Assembly: GCA_043228905.1 (NCBI GenBank)
Contig: JBHGNT010000016.1
Location: 19,142,937-19,206,936, forward strand
DNA: 64,000 bases
Reading direction: 5' to 3'
Source: Azolla caroliniana
Taxonomy: Eukaryota > Plantae > Polypodiophyta
The notes under the pieces are model-generated. The model saw only the letters and a program-made list of their open reading frames with translations, was not told the DNA's origin and made no database searches. The translations under genes and the position numbers were made by a program. Below are positions 61,174-64,000 of this stretch, piece after piece (position 1 is the stretch's first letter; every line of letters begins with the position of its first letter).

Positions 61174-64000
61174 TGTCGTGAAGTACGAAAGCTTCACATT
61201 AAAAGTCTTCAATAAGATAAATACGTAACTAGAATAAAACAAATCTTGATAATGTTTTATATATAAAGATAATATTAACACACTATGATAATATTATATA
61301 TTATATGTAGAGGCAAATAATATATATATAGATAGATATATTATATTACATGAACAAGAGAGGACTTGAACCAATAACCCCACCCTATGACTCTCAAATC
61401 TTACCATTTACTTTATACTAGTAATATAATAAAATAAAGCATACTTTATATATACTTTATAGTACATCATACACCAAAGTCAACACACATACCATAGGCT
61501 AGGTCCTTTCTCTTTAAGATTATATTTTCATGTTTATTGTTATTGCATATATTGTTTCTTACAGAAAAGCTCAAATGAACGAGATGTTTATCATGCATCA
61601 CATGTAATGCATGAACGCCAAATGGCGATCATGCATCACATGCATGTCTTGTACCCTCCAATGCATCATATGCATGGGGGCACCTATTTAAAGGGTGAAA
61701 AAGAAGATCAAAGGGAGGATGTATGAGATATCAATCAAATTATGTATTACATAAGAGATACCATAAAAGTACAGAAAGAAGGGAAGAAGTTTAACATAAA
61801 CATGGAGCTCTAGCTTGGCGGTCGTGGTGGTCAACTCTCAACAAGAGGGAGGCAGTTCGAGCCTTATCTTCATCAAAATATTGAAGTGAAGATTGTAGTG
61901 GTCTACGATCAAGAAAGAGAAGAGCGATTACCTTGCAAGACAAAGTTCAGAGGTTCAACGACGTGCACAATCACTTTGTAACTCTTTCATGAAAATGATT
62001 ATAAATTTCATACACTTTCTCATATATTATTTTATATCTTATCTTGTCTTATCTTATATTCCTTAAATATCCTATTTTGTCATATCTTATTGATCTCTAT
62101 TCACTCCATCTCTACTCTTTCGTCTCTTCCGTCCATAATCCCAGTGATTCCTTCCTCACTTTCACGTTATCCTTTGTGTGCGCAACGCTACGCTTCTAGG
62201 CGAGCTACGTCATGACACAATTTGGTGAACCCGACGTGAAACGGGGAAGTAGAAGAGACATCTAAAGTCAACATCAACATCAACATGGCCAGTACGAGTA
62301 CAATGGATCTGGTAAGGTTGTTTATGGAAAAATTGAATCAAGATCAATTATTTCATGCCTTACGAGAAGTTCGAGAGAAGATTGGTGTGTTTGATGGCAC
62401 AAATATTTCAAAGTATGTCAATATATATTATGATGAAATGGAAATGTTTGGTGTGAATGATGTCAATATGATAGCAAACTTTTATAAACTAGCGGAAATG
62501 GAATTAAGAGATAGAATTCTTGAAATGCAAGCATTGCATAGTTTGGATTGGAATGCATTCAAATAAGCACTTGTGACTGAATATTCTCATGAAGATTTCT
62601 CTCGAGTTACTATGCGTTCATTTCATGAATGGATCTTAAAAGAAGATAAAGGGTTATCTGTGGCTGACACAAAAAAAGAGTTTGATAGGATGTATGGACA
62701 CTTAAAGCCAAAAGAAAGAAATTCTTTGTCTTGGCAAAAGGTTGCTTTATTTTTTTGCAGGCAGTTGACACGATATAGAAAAGAATTGGAATTCATGCTT
62801 GAAGTACCAAATACTGAGGATGGTATAACTGTAGATTGGAATGAGGTAACAAATGCTTGTAATAAATTTATGAAAAGAATGCAAAGGAATGGTGCAATGC
62901 TAGAAATACCACATGTGGGAATCACAAATCGGCTTCGACAAAACATCGAAGTTCAAAGACTTGGTCGAGAACCATCACACGAAATGGTCCATCAACCACG
63001 AGAAATGATCGAAACTAAGAGTGAGTCTTTGCTTGATGATTTAGTTCAAAGTATGAAAGATCTAACAATTAAAGTGGCAAAGCTTGAAAATGGTCAGACT
63101 TCGAGGTCAAGGGAACCATTTCGACCTCGATGCATGTGGTGTGATAGTCTCGAACATCGATTACGTGATTGTGTGGAATATAAAGACATGGAAAATAGAG
63201 ACTTGGTGTATTGGAAAAATGGTAACATTTCTTTAATTGAAACTAGAAGTCCACTTACAAAGAACTTTGGGGACGGTGGTGTTAAGGTTAAATTTGAAGA
63301 AGCTGAACAAAGAAGGTTTCCGCAATGTACTACTCGGCAACGGCAGGAATGCACCTCAATGACATGCCATCCCGATCATCATTCTGGGAGAAGGTTGTAA
63401 GTACCACACAAAAGAAAAAGATGAAGATGGAAGACCTTCGTGTTGCGAGAGATTCTGTAAGGAAAAACTCTAGATGGGATGTTCCAGTAGATGCTATGAC
63501 GGTCTATGCTCAGATGGCAGAACACCAAGAGCATGAGGTGATAGTGGAAGAAAAAAGGAAAAGGCCGGATGATGAGATTAGCTCAACAAAAAAGCATGAG
63601 ACAAGAGAAAGCAAAAGAAAAGAGATGGACGCACAAGTCGATAAAGGTAAAACTGGTCCTTCATTCAAATTAATGTCTGATATTGAAAAAGATACAGATT
63701 TAAAGAAAATTTTAGAAACAAGAATACTAGATAGTCGAGTAGAATTTACACTAAGAGAAGTGTTAGGTATTGCAAAAAGGAATTTCATGATGAAATAATT
63801 GATATTGTGCGAAAAAAGAAGCAAGTAAATGAGCAGGTTAAAGAAAAAATCCGAAGGTGACATATGAAGTGGTAAGCAATGAGTCGAACAACATCATTGT
63901 TGACTCTCAACATGCATCAACCTCAATGATAAGTTCAACAGAGACAAGAAGCCACTACTCTTGCAAATGTTGGGCAAGAGCAACTACTGAGCATCATGTA
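61174..64000 (+). mobile_element. Gypsy V (Trp PBS), 5' part: LTR 61174-62217, PBS 62223-62239, gag pseudogene from 62285
   Basis: TGTCGTG...ATGACA, TGGTGAACCCGACGTGA, CMWCDSLEHRLRDC knuckle, FKLMSDIEK..RILDSRVEFTLRE homologous to X gag. Confidence 0.92.

Noticed and set aside
60841-61198. Complete solo LTR ending TTCACA
   Set aside because: The flanks AGAAA and TTAAA do not match, and sequence from 61174 is the start of the gypsy V LTR.

Overview
This is a eukaryotic plant window, probably a moss or other bryophyte judging by the element types, made almost entirely of nested transposable elements with no intact host gene. It holds several Ty1/copia elements: a Tork/Tnt1-like family and a Bryco-like family, both with tRNA-Met PBS. 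It also holds several Ty3/gypsy elements with tRNA-Trp PBS and 4-bp TSDs, including two near-identical inverted copies at 18644-25935 and 34853-41684. An Athila/Tat-like gypsy with a long extra ORF is present, as is a decayed DDD (Sola/DUF7869-like) transposase at ~56.9-60.4 kb. The two inverted gypsy copies have reciprocally swapped TSDs, and three split host elements line up across them, so the ~26-35 kb segment is inverted. Undoing the inversion and removing the nested retroelements places a ParB/Srx-like ORF (32.8-33.9 kb) downstream of a minus-strand promoter and first exon (55.8-55.95 kb). The intron after that exon holds a phased array of 23-bp palindromes and lies head-to-head with the transposase. 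This suggests a candidate two-gene DNA transposon with a ParB-like cargo. All calls are by eye; lineage names need HMM confirmation.
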